Notes under the pieces: model-generated
What the model was told of the DNA's origin: nothing
Seen by the model: only the letters and a program-made list of their open reading frames with translations
The model's database searches: none
Made by a program: the position numbers and the translations under genes
Part shown: positions 1 through 8,513 of the stretch, piece by piece
Numbering within the stretch: the first letter of the stretch is position 1
Layout: the number at the start of each line of letters is the position of its first letter
Assembly (NCBI GenBank): GCA_017476375.1
Contig: JAFUZY010000118.1
Span: 1-46,944 of the forward strand
Reading direction: 5' to 3'
Length of the DNA: 46,944 nucleotides
Source: Eubacterium sp.
Lineage (GTDB): Bacteria; Bacillota; Clostridia; Oscillospirales; Acutalibacteraceae

Positions 1-2
1 AT

Positions 3-1367
3 ATAAGCACACCTATAAACACAAAGGAATTGAGCCTTGCAACCTCGCTTCCGAGGCGGGATGTGCCGGGACTCAGATTCGTAAAGACTGCTGTAAGATT
101 TGCAAACAACCCTGCTGTTATAAAAGGTGACAAAATCCGAATTGGCAACTTGGTTGATACAGGTGTCATACAAAGCACGACCTATGATATTGACCTTAAT
201 TCTTTAGTTCGTCACACTTTGGTTGCGGGCAGTACCGGCAGCGGAAAGTCAACAACCTGTAAAAGAATTCTGTCTGAAGTGCTTAAAAATAAAACGCCGA
301 TTATGGTAATAGAGCCTGCAAAGGACGACTATGTGCGTTGGGCAATCGAGATGAATAAGCACCTGCCAAAAGAAAAGCAGTTTAAAATTTATATGCCCGG
401 CGTAAGCGAATTTGACGGAGTCAAAACCGAAGAACTTAAAATTAACGGTTTTGCGCCCGCATATACTAAAGGTGCAAAAGTTGACTTGCTTCAACACAGC
501 GAAGTTTTTGCAACGCTGCTGAACGCTTGTCTTCCTTCAGAGGACGTTATTCCGATTATTATTGAAGAGGTAGTATACGAAACTATCAAGAAAACCTGTG
601 AAGAGGAAAACATCGACTGGGAAAACAGCGAAAACAACCCGCTTAAAGAATATCCCGATATAGACGGTATGATAAGAAGAGCGGAAAAAGTAATGGAGAG
701 CAAGAACTATGAAGAAAAGGTTAAAACCAATTTCAAAGAAGTTCTTTTCACTCGATTTAAGTCGCTCAAACGCGGAATGAGAGGCAGAGTTCTTAATAAC
801 GTCACAAGCGTGGATTATGATGAACTCTTCTCAGGAAATGTTATTATCAATATCAGCCGTCTGTCAGGCTCAAAGGATAAGGCTTTGGTTATGTCGCTTA
901 TTATGAATGCACTCTATGAGTACAGAATTTCCAAGTACAATAACGACAAAAGTTACCGCGAAGCCGCAAATAGAAATAAATTAATGCATCTTTGCCTTGT
1001 AGAGGAGGCACACAATGTGCTTATCAAACCGCAAGGCAATCAGTCAAGCGGCAGCCCCCAAACAGCAGTTGCTGATTTGTTTGGCAACATGCTTTCAGAA
1101 GTTAGAGGATACGGTCAGGGCTTTATGATTGTTGACCAAGTACCTACAAGACTGATTGACGACGCCATTAAAAATACGAACTATAAAATCGTACACCGCC
1201 TTACAGCACCCGACGACCAGGCTGTAATGGCAAGATGTATGGCTTTCAGAGAGGACCAAACATACATTATCCCGGCACTTGAAAAAGGAAATGCCATTAT
1301 CTGCGGCGACGAAGATGACGCTGCAGTTTGGGTAAAAATCCCTGCACCTGGCAAACAGCCGCTATAA
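3..1367 (+). CDS. HerA/FtsK-superfamily (DUF87-type) ATPase, 5' end truncated by the window edge
   Basis: Walker A AGSTGSGKST, Walker B LCLVEEAH, motifs RGYG and DQVP. The frame is open back to nt 3 (ISTPINTKELSL...), so the TTG at 30 is probably internal. Confidence 0.85.
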   Translation: MSTPINTKELSLATSLPRRDVPGLRFVKTAVRFANNPAVIKGDKIRIGNLVDTGVIQSTTYDIDLNSLVRHTLVAGSTGSGKSTTCKRILSEVLKNKTPIMVIEPAKDDYVRWAIEMNKHLPKEKQFKIYMPGVSEFDGVKTEELKINGFAPAYTKGAKVDLLQHSEVFATLLNACLPSEDVIPIIIEEVVYETIKKTCEEENIDWENSENNPLKEYPDIDGMIRRAEKVMESKNYEEKVKTNFKEVLFTRFKSLKRGMRGRVLNNVTSVDYDELFSGNVIINISRLSGSKDKALVMSLIMNALYEYRISKYNNDKSYREAANRNKLMHLCLVEEAHNVLIKPQGNQSSGSPQTAVADLFGNMLSEVRGYGQGFMIVDQVPTRLIDDAIKNTNYKIVHRLTAPDDQAVMARCMAFREDQTYIIPALEKGNAIICGDEDDAAVWVKIPAPGKQPL

Positions 1368-1400
1368 AAACAACTGTTAATTAAGAAAGGATTTAAGGAA

Positions 1401-2147
1401 ATGTTGGATTTTGATGTAACAAACCTGGAAACAGGAATGACTGATTCAGAACTTGTCAGTCTGGAAAGCATGGCAAACGAATGCCTTTCGGAAGGCAATT
1501 ACGAAGAACATGAAAATATGTTTGCGGATATACTTGCCGAGTACGGAATTGAAGGCTACGGAGACAATCCGATGGAAGGACCGAGCGAAGAAGAATTTGA
1601 AAACTTTGACTCTATCGAAGGTGACGATATCTACAACTCCGGCGAGGCTATGGAACATTGGGAATATCAGGGCGACACAAACAGATGCGCTCAGTTTTCT
1701 CAACTATTTGTTATTGAGGAGTTTACAGGTCTTGAATTAGACCCCGATTCCTTCTGTGAATTCTCGGAAATGAATGGGTGGTTTGATGAAAACGGCGGAA
1801 CAACTCTTGAAGATATGAACAAAATGCTTGATTATTTCGGCATTCAGAACGAAATGTCACAAGGCAATAGTTTTGAGAATTTGATGGAATGTCTTGAAAA
1901 TGACGGCAGGGCCATTGTAGCACTTGATTCAGGTGAATACTGGAACGGCGAAAGCGCTTGGGAAGATTTAATTGATCCTAACGGAGTAGATCACGCAGTA
2001 GAGGTAATAGGCTATAATGCCGAAACAGAATCGGTTATTCTTAATGATTCCGGAACTCTTGATGGCTGCGGCGAAGAAATACCGCTCGATACCTTCCTTG
2101 ACGCTTGGGAAGACAGCGGAAATATGATGATAGAATGTTACAAATAA
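1401..2147 (+). CDS. Acidic protein with C39-like (papain-fold) cysteine peptidase domain, predicted active
   Basis: Q-x5-C (QGDTNRC), His in DHAVEVIGY, Asp in ILNDSG, terminal FLDAW; E/D-rich N-terminus; no signal peptide. Confidence 0.75.
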   Translation: MLDFDVTNLETGMTDSELVSLESMANECLSEGNYEEHENMFADILAEYGIEGYGDNPMEGPSEEEFENFDSIEGDDIYNSGEAMEHWEYQGDTNRCAQFSQLFVIEEFTGLELDPDSFCEFSEMNGWFDENGGTTLEDMNKMLDYFGIQNEMSQGNSFENLMECLENDGRAIVALDSGEYWNGESAWEDLIDPNGVDHAVEVIGYNAETESVILNDSGTLDGCGEEIPLDTFLDAWEDSGNMMIECYK

Positions 2148-2161
2148 GGAGGGACAAAACG

Positions 2162-2752
2162 ATGAAAGGTTTTAATACTAAAGAATTTTTAAGCGGATTA
2201 AATACTAATGAATTTATAAAAGCCTGCCACATTCCACTCGGTTACAAAATAGGCTATCCTATTTTAAGAAAAAGCGGAGAAAAAGTGTTTATTGTTCTTC
2301 CGTACAGAAAATACAAAAAAACAAATCAAAAGGACAAATCAGCGGTTATGCCGATTGAGTATCTGATTACTTTTGAGCTTCATGCACTGATTAATATTCC
2401 TGAAAAAATCAAAAATGCCATAGATGAAACCAAACTTGGTGTTACTGCATCTCCCGCAGGATTTGAAGTGTTAAGAAACAGCGAAAAATTCAGCGGATTT
2501 CCTTTTGACAAACCTGTTGGTGTATTTCCTCATAGAAGCCTGCAAAAACTCGGTAAAGAGGAATATAAAAACAGAGTAAATGATATTTACAAGGCTTATG
2601 ACACGATTATAAATGATATGCTTGGTATAGAACCGGCATCAGGTGTGAGGAAGACGGCGTTTAAGGATTTATTAAACGCACTTGTTGAACCCGGCTTAAC
2701 TCCAATGTATAAAATGATTGACAAGGGTTTTACAGATAAGTATTTTGAGTGA
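2162..2752 (+). CDS. Hypothetical basic protein (partner of peptidase 1)
   Basis: AGGAGG upstream of ATG 2162; Lys-rich; weak similarity to 3442-3900. Confidence 0.7.
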   Translation: MKGFNTKEFLSGLNTNEFIKACHIPLGYKIGYPILRKSGEKVFIVLPYRKYKKTNQKDKSAVMPIEYLITFELHALINIPEKIKNAIDETKLGVTASPAGFEVLRNSEKFSGFPFDKPVGVFPHRSLQKLGKEEYKNRVNDIYKAYDTIINDMLGIEPASGVRKTAFKDLLNALVEPGLTPMYKMIDKGFTDKYFE

Positions 2753-2778
2753 TACTCAATTGAACGGAGAAAACGGCT

Positions 2779-3435
2779 TTGGATTACGAATTTTTTGAAG
2801 GTTCTGAGTTAAATAAAAACAGTGAAATGCTTGATGACGGCGTTTTGCTGGAACACTATGTATCACCTGAAAGGGACGTAACGGAAAGCACAGAAACTAA
2901 TGAACTTTTTGGTACGCCCAATATAGATTCAGCCGTATGGGTAAAAGCTGAAAACAACTGTTCAGACAGTCTTCTTTGCGAGCAGTATGTGTCAGAACTT
3001 CTGACAGGCAGCAAAATATCCGAGCAGGAACTTTGTTCCATAGGTTATAATAACGGTTATTACCACAGTGAGCACGGCTCCACTCTTAACGAAACGGGAA
3101 AATATCTTGAAAGTCTCGACCTTGAAGTAACAAGAGAGAACTCGCTAACGGTAAAGGATATATGCGAGTCACTTGAAAATGGCGAAAAAGTGATTTGTGC
3201 CGTCAGCAGCATAGCACTTTTCTATCCTGAAATATGTGCTATGCCGGGCTTATCCGCCGATTGCACAGTGCAGGTTATCGGAGTTGATATGACCGAACCG
3301 GGTGAAGAAACCGTAATTGTAAATAACCCTTCGGCAGAACATAGAGCAGTTGAAATTCCATTGAAGATTTTTATGGAAGCCTGGCAGAAAAGCGGATGCT
3401 ATACCGTAATGGCAAGCGTTAAAAGAAATGGGTGA
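2779..3435 (+). CDS. C39-like peptidase paralog with substituted catalytic residues (pseudo-protease)
   Basis: Colinear with 1401-2147 (TG, G[GS]T.L, ECLENDG/ESLENGE, V.VIG, IPL..F..AW) but Cys->Asp, His->Cys, Asp->Asn; GGAG before TTG start. Confidence 0.7.
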   Translation: MDYEFFEGSELNKNSEMLDDGVLLEHYVSPERDVTESTETNELFGTPNIDSAVWVKAENNCSDSLLCEQYVSELLTGSKISEQELCSIGYNNGYYHSEHGSTLNETGKYLESLDLEVTRENSLTVKDICESLENGEKVICAVSSIALFYPEICAMPGLSADCTVQVIGVDMTEPGEETVIVNNPSAEHRAVEIPLKIFMEAWQKSGCYTVMASVKRNG

Positions 3436-3441
3436 CGAGGT

Positions 3442-3900
3442 ATGGGAATTAAAATCTTTACTGATATTTTTTTACAAAGCGATTTTGTAAGGAAAAATCT
3501 GTACACCCATCTTCAATTGGGGTTTCCTATGCCTGTACCCTACGAAAACGGCATTGCAATTCGTTGCTTTTTCCACAAACTTAACTGTAATGAACAACAA
3601 ATTACGCTTTCGCAACCAAAGTTTGAAATACGTCTTGCATACCCATCGGGCAGAATTATTTATTTCTCAGAAGTTGTTGATGAAAAATATCAGACGTCTG
3701 AGGTTATAATTCCTGAAAAACATGCGGACAATTTTGAATATACCTTTGAGCAGATGTATGATGCGTGTGACGAGGTCATTGATTTTTATTCTGAATATTT
3801 CAAAGTGACAGATGTAGTTTTTAATAAGTATTACAAACATTTGGAAAGATTATCAACAGGCATCGGTATGTCTGACTGGTACGGAGGGCTATATGATTAA
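3442..3900 (+). CDS. Hypothetical protein (partner of peptidase paralog 2)
   Basis: 152-aa ORF tightly packed in the operon; DFVRK..LGFP and MYDACDEVI resemble EFIK..IGYP and IYKAYDTII in 2162-2752. Confidence 0.7.
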   Translation: MGIKIFTDIFLQSDFVRKNLYTHLQLGFPMPVPYENGIAIRCFFHKLNCNEQQITLSQPKFEIRLAYPSGRIIYFSEVVDEKYQTSEVIIPEKHADNFEYTFEQMYDACDEVIDFYSEYFKVTDVVFNKYYKHLERLSTGIGMSDWYGGLYD

Positions 3901-4606
3901 AGCAGCAGTATTTGATAATAATATTGCAAATCGCAACTCCCTTAAACAGATAATTATTAAGTATACGGCTCAAAGAAATATCAACATCGACGTTTTTTGG
4001 TTTTTTGATGACTTCGGTGAAGAAAAAATCAAAGAATATGCTCCGTCATTTAACATTGCATTTATTTCGACTGAGGCAGACGATAAATATAGGATAAGCA
4101 GGACAATTTATGAAATCAACGAGGACTGCAGAATTGTTTATTACAGTTCTTCAGCAACTGATTTGGAGCCAATGCTAAGTGTTAGAACAAGGGCATTTCA
4201 CCTTTCTGCAAGAGGTGAAACGGCACTTATCCGGATTCTTGACGATATAATAAATGAACTAAAAATAAGCAGGAACAACTTTTATTATGAAACACGAAGA
4301 GAAATTTTTGTGATTCCGTATAGCAATATACTGTATTTTCAAAGTGACCTTAAATACATTAACATTCATATTAAGAATAAAGAAACCGAAAGAATTTACA
4401 CAAAACTATCATTAATTGAGTCGTCATTGAACACCTGCTTTCTTAGAATACATAAAAGTTATATACTGAATTCCAAGTATGTAAGCAGAATTGATAAATC
4501 AAATAAAACAGTCATTCTGAAAAACGGAGAGGTACTTCCTATTTCAGATGTTAATTATAAAGCGGTAATTAATTACTTTGCGGAAAGGGAAAGAGAATAT
4601 GAGTAA
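3893..4606 (+). CDS. LytTR-family DNA-binding regulator with degenerate receiver domain
   Basis: C-terminal ILYFQS...FLRIHKSYILN...LKNGEVLPIS is canonical LytTR; N-terminal REC-like domain lacks the phospho-acceptor Asp. Confidence 0.85.
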   Translation: MIKAAVFDNNIANRNSLKQIIIKYTAQRNINIDVFWFFDDFGEEKIKEYAPSFNIAFISTEADDKYRISRTIYEINEDCRIVYYSSSATDLEPMLSVRTRAFHLSARGETALIRILDDIINELKISRNNFYYETRREIFVIPYSNILYFQSDLKYINIHIKNKETERIYTKLSLIESSLNTCFLRIHKSYILNSKYVSRIDKSNKTVILKNGEVLPISDVNYKAVINYFAEREREYE

Positions 4607-6707
4607 GGAAAGAATAATTGGAATTGATTTCGGCACAAGCACATCTGTAATAAGAGTAAAGAACTATGACGAAAACGGTAAACCGATTGGCGACGAACTC
4701 TTTACGCAGTCGGTAACATTTAACCACGGTTCAAGTATGGTCCCGTCAGTAATACGAAAGGTTAATAATGTTTATGCTTTCGGACACGAGGCGGATATTG
4801 CCGCACGAAATGCCGAATACTTTCGTTCATTCAAGATTGATTTGCAAAGTGATGACGAAACCAAAAAGGAACAAGCCAAAAAACTTGTACAAGAGTTTTT
4901 CAAATACCTTTATAACGAGTACAATCACCAGCTTATAACCGGCAATCTGGGCGACACAGACAGCGTTAACAAAACAATTGTAAGTTATCCTGTAAAATGG
5001 GATCCCGAAATGGAACTGTTCATGATTGAAACTGCAGAAAAAGCGGGCTTTGAAAATGTTTCGGGTATGGATGAAGCTGAGGCTGCCATACGTGCTGTTA
5101 CTGTTCAATGCAAAGACATCATTCAAAACTCTGAATTGCTCGAGAACGGCAAAACAAGCAATGTTATGCTGATTGACATGGGTGCGGGTACCACAGATAT
5201 AGTAATAAGCAAATACGTACCCGACAAGGATATGAAAAATGAAATCATCACCACATGGCCAAACGGTGGAGATATTCTTTTTGGAGGTCGTGAAGTCGAC
5301 ATCATTTTAAGAGATTTTCTTGTTTCTCTTTTTCCGCAGGAATACAGGGAAAAGGTTGAAAAAAGGTTATCTGTTGACAAAATGAAAGCGTGGAAAGAGA
5401 ATACGGTTTCACCTGCTCTTGCAGAAAACCAGGCAATTGATGACTCGTATGAGGCCTATGATATTGCCGAGCGTTTTGATATTGACTATGAAGATTTTTC
5501 TCTTGATAGGGAGCAATTTGAAAATATTTGCCACAACTATATTTCGCAGTTCGTTAAACTTGTCAACGGTGCCATTAACAAATCAAAGCTTTCTCCTGAA
5601 GATATAGATTTGGTTATTTTAACCGGAGGTCACAGCAAGTGGTATTTTGTAAAGGAACTCCTGCTTGATAAAAACGAAACATTTGAAAAAATAGGGTTAG
5701 AAAAAATAAAGGCAAATCCCGAACGCATTCTTTCTGTTGCACTTCCGCAGGAAACGGTAGCTCTCGGACTTGTATACAGTAAGATTTCAGGAACAATCGC
5801 CTTTGATAAAAGAAAGCATTTAGAGGACCTTTATGACAGCCAAAAATCCATTCCGGCTCTCAAAATGGCAGCAAATATGGAAAGTCCCAAAGCTATAAAT
5901 GAGCTTGGATACTACTACGCAACGGGCGAAGGCGGTATTGCAAAAGACAGAAAAAAAGCCATGGAACTTTATCAGAAAGCAGCAGATATGGATTACGTAA
6001 CGGCTTGGTATAATCTTGGTTGTTGCTATTTTGAAGATAAAAATTATAAAGAAGCAGTAAATGCTTTTTCAAAAGCTTCTGACAGTATAAACGAGGCCGC
6101 CTTTAATTTAGGTGTTTGTTACCATCACGGACTCGGTGTTCAGCAAGACGAGGAAATGGCGTTAAAACTCTATAAACAAGCATCTGATAATGGATATGCA
6201 GAGGCCAAAAACATTTATGAAGAGCTTTTTAAGGTGATGCACCCTAAACAGACAAAAGCAGAACCTAAGCCTTATACCGGTAGTGATCCTATTGAGTATG
6301 CACAATATTTGAACAGTCAGCTTCTGGGAGATGCAAAAGAGAACAAGTTATATGTGGGTGAAGAAAGCGTTCCACAGTATAAAAAAATAAAATTCTTGTC
6401 TTCTTTCAGAAACCAAAACATTCAAGGGAAATGGATTTGTTATCACGATGATACAGCTTTTGATGGTGGCAAAGATGGATTTTTAATTACCACAAAAGTT
6501 ATGTTAATACATGAATTTCTTGGAAATCCTTATATCATAGATGTAACAGATATTGACAGTATTATTGATAGAAATAATTGTGTGATTTTAATAAAAAAGG
6601 ACGGAACCGAGATCAAGATTCCGGTTGCCGTTGGAGGTGCTAAAAAAGAAATATGGCAAACCTATTTTACAAAATTGATTTATTTTATAAAAAAGTATAC
6701 AGATTAA
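4599..6707 (+). CDS. Hsp70-like ATPase domain fused to Sel1-like repeats and an unknown C-terminal domain
   Basis: IGIDFGTS, DEAEAA, IDMGAGTTD, GGREVD, ILTGGHS, PQETVALG; then Sel1 repeats (ELGYYYATGEG, YNLGCCY, FNLGVCYHHGLGV). ATG 4599 overlaps the LytTR stop. Confidence 0.85.
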   Translation: MSKERIIGIDFGTSTSVIRVKNYDENGKPIGDELFTQSVTFNHGSSMVPSVIRKVNNVYAFGHEADIAARNAEYFRSFKIDLQSDDETKKEQAKKLVQEFFKYLYNEYNHQLITGNLGDTDSVNKTIVSYPVKWDPEMELFMIETAEKAGFENVSGMDEAEAAIRAVTVQCKDIIQNSELLENGKTSNVMLIDMGAGTTDIVISKYVPDKDMKNEIITTWPNGGDILFGGREVDIILRDFLVSLFPQEYREKVEKRLSVDKMKAWKENTVSPALAENQAIDDSYEAYDIAERFDIDYEDFSLDREQFENICHNYISQFVKLVNGAINKSKLSPEDIDLVILTGGHSKWYFVKELLLDKNETFEKIGLEKIKANPERILSVALPQETVALGLVYSKISGTIAFDKRKHLEDLYDSQKSIPALKMAANMESPKAINELGYYYATGEGGIAKDRKKAMELYQKAADMDYVTAWYNLGCCYFEDKNYKEAVNAFSKASDSINEAAFNLGVCYHHGLGVQQDEEMALKLYKQASDNGYAEAKNIYEELFKVMHPKQTKAEPKPYTGSDPIEYAQYLNSQLLGDAKENKLYVGEESVPQYKKIKFLSSFRNQNIQGKWICYHDDTAFDGGKDGFLITTKVMLIHEFLGNPYIIDVTDIDSIIDRNNCVILIKKDGTEIKIPVAVGGAKKEIWQTYFTKLIYFIKKYTD

Positions 6708-6725
6708 TAAAGGAGAAATTATAAA

Positions 6726-7202
6726 ATGAAAACACTTTTTATTCTGTTTTTTAAAAAGAAAAAACTTATTACTGAGTTAACACAGCTTTTTACTAAAAAC
6801 GCAAAGAATTTTAACGGTTTATACAAAGGATTTTACCAGGTGGCTGTTGATAAAAATGAAAAAAAGGTTAAGGCACTTGATGAATTTTATAAAAGACTGT
6901 CTTATTTAACAGACTATGAAGAACTTATCGGGATACTGAATGTATTCTTCCCAACGGCTGACCAATCATTTAAAAGACTCGTTAAACTTTCATCTGTCAT
7001 ATTGGATGCTGTAAATGCTGCGAATATTTACTGTTCAAAAAAAGATGAAGTTATTACTCTTACAAACGAAAATGCCTCTGATTATCAGGACTGGGACGGC
7101 GAAGATATCTTTGAAGGTGATACTGTAAAAATCGTATCGCCGGCTTGGTATCAGGAAGGCAGACTTCTCGAGCAAGGTTACTGCACTCTTGTATGCAAAT
7201 AA
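6726..7202 (+). CDS. Hypothetical protein with GrpE-like C-terminal beta domain
   Basis: GDTVKIVSPAWYQEGRLLEQG resembles the GrpE head motif; helical N-terminus; directly follows the Hsp70-like gene; AAGGAG RBS. Confidence 0.5.
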   Translation: MKTLFILFFKKKKLITELTQLFTKNAKNFNGLYKGFYQVAVDKNEKKVKALDEFYKRLSYLTDYEELIGILNVFFPTADQSFKRLVKLSSVILDAVNAANIYCSKKDEVITLTNENASDYQDWDGEDIFEGDTVKIVSPAWYQEGRLLEQGYCTLVCK

Positions 7203-7247
7203 CTTATATAATTAATTATTATGAAATAAAAAATAAAGGAGATTATT

Positions 7248-7685
7248 ATGGGTGGATTTACAGTTAATGGTTTTGGCGCAGCAGATAGCTACTATCAAAT
7301 GAAATCAGTAGGACATTTCTATTGCAATTGTTGCAACAGAGAACAGGAATTTTTCGTAATGGAATTAAAAAGGAAGGTAAAGGTTTTATATATTCCAACC
7401 GTTTCTCTTTACTCAAAATATGCCGTTGTATGTAATAAATGCAAAAACGGATATTACATTGAAGAGAATGTTAAAGACGATATAATGTATGGTAGAGCAA
7501 CTGTTATCGGATATGACGAGAATGGTCCGAAAATCAAGCAAATAGAGCAGGTTGAACATAATAAAACAGTAACAATCAATGAGCCAGATACAAATAAGGA
7601 AGTTATTATTCGGAATAATTTAGTTGAAGACAAAAGCACTTCAACCCATTCTGATGAATTTCAAATTGCCGGAATGAAAAAATAA
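7248..7685 (+). CDS. Zinc-ribbon protein (zinc_ribbon_15-like)
   Basis: CNCC ... LYIP ... YAVVCNKC pattern; AAGGAG RBS. Confidence 0.7.
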   Translation: MGGFTVNGFGAADSYYQMKSVGHFYCNCCNREQEFFVMELKRKVKVLYIPTVSLYSKYAVVCNKCKNGYYIEENVKDDIMYGRATVIGYDENGPKIKQIEQVEHNKTVTINEPDTNKEVIIRNNLVEDKSTSTHSDEFQIAGMKK

Positions 7686-7698
7686 TAGGAGGTAACAT

Positions 7699-7923
7699 AT
7701 GGCAATTCCGGAAGTACTATTGGCTTATGGCGCTTATAAGATTTATAAAAGTATTAAAGACGATATAAATGCCGGTAAAAATAATAATCAGATAGATAAA
7801 ATTCAGGAAGATAAAACAGACGCAAAAGGAACAGAAACTGTTGCTGCCAAAACTGATTCAGCACAGCAAAATAATACTGACGAAAAAAACGAACCGTTTT
7901 CACTCGCAGGAATGATTAAATGA
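7699..7923 (+). CDS. Small hypothetical protein
   Basis: Strong AGGAGGT RBS; 74 aa; C-terminus FSLAGMIK matches FQIAGMKK of the upstream gene. Confidence 0.75.
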   Translation: MAIPEVLLAYGAYKIYKSIKDDINAGKNNNQIDKIQEDKTDAKGTETVAAKTDSAQQNNTDEKNEPFSLAGMIK

Positions 7924-7953
7924 AAAACAATTATTTCTGTGTTATGGACTGTT

Positions 7954-8475
7954 ATGAATATCTTTAAACATTGCAACAAAAAACCAAATACCAATGAGTG
8001 CGAGGCTGCACTAACTGTTGCCTCCCATGAAGAGGCAGAGGCAAAAAAACAAGACATTTACAACTCCTTTGCCTGCGATTTTGATTGCGGCAGCGTTATA
8101 AAACTGACAGACCCCGACAAATCAGCACTATTCTTTGCGTTTGACAACCTCTATGACGGATACAAAACGTTACAGAATTCAACGCCGCAGGAAATTGACA
8201 ATTCGTGTTCCATTAAATGTGATATTATCAGGAAGCATATCGACAAATACGGTTACACTGTTATTGCACTGATACAGGATATCCCTTGTTTTGACAGTTG
8301 GGATTATATGGTTGATTCTTATCATTCTTTGTATTTTTTTCATAACGAAAATGATATAGCGGCATTATACTGTCAGGAGGGGTATCAAATAAGCGAATTA
8401 TATGTGTTTGAAAACATTCGGGAAACTGATGAACAATTAAAAAGCATTTTAAAAGATAACGATTTTCCGATTTAA
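7954..8475 (+). CDS. Hypothetical protein
   Basis: ORF in operon orientation; start uncertain (7939 GTG or 7954 ATG). Confidence 0.6.
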   Translation: MNIFKHCNKKPNTNECEAALTVASHEEAEAKKQDIYNSFACDFDCGSVIKLTDPDKSALFFAFDNLYDGYKTLQNSTPQEIDNSCSIKCDIIRKHIDKYGYTVIALIQDIPCFDSWDYMVDSYHSLYFFHNENDIAALYCQEGYQISELYVFENIRETDEQLKSILKDNDFPI

Positions 8476-8513
8476 CTAACAGTTATTCAATTAATGAAAA
8501 ATACGGTGAAAAT

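Noticed and set aside
3-1367. Assignment to known HerA defence systems or conjugative VirB4/VirD4
   Set aside because: No Sir2, DUF4297, NurA, relaxase or T4SS genes in the window; cannot be fully excluded because upstream DNA is missing.
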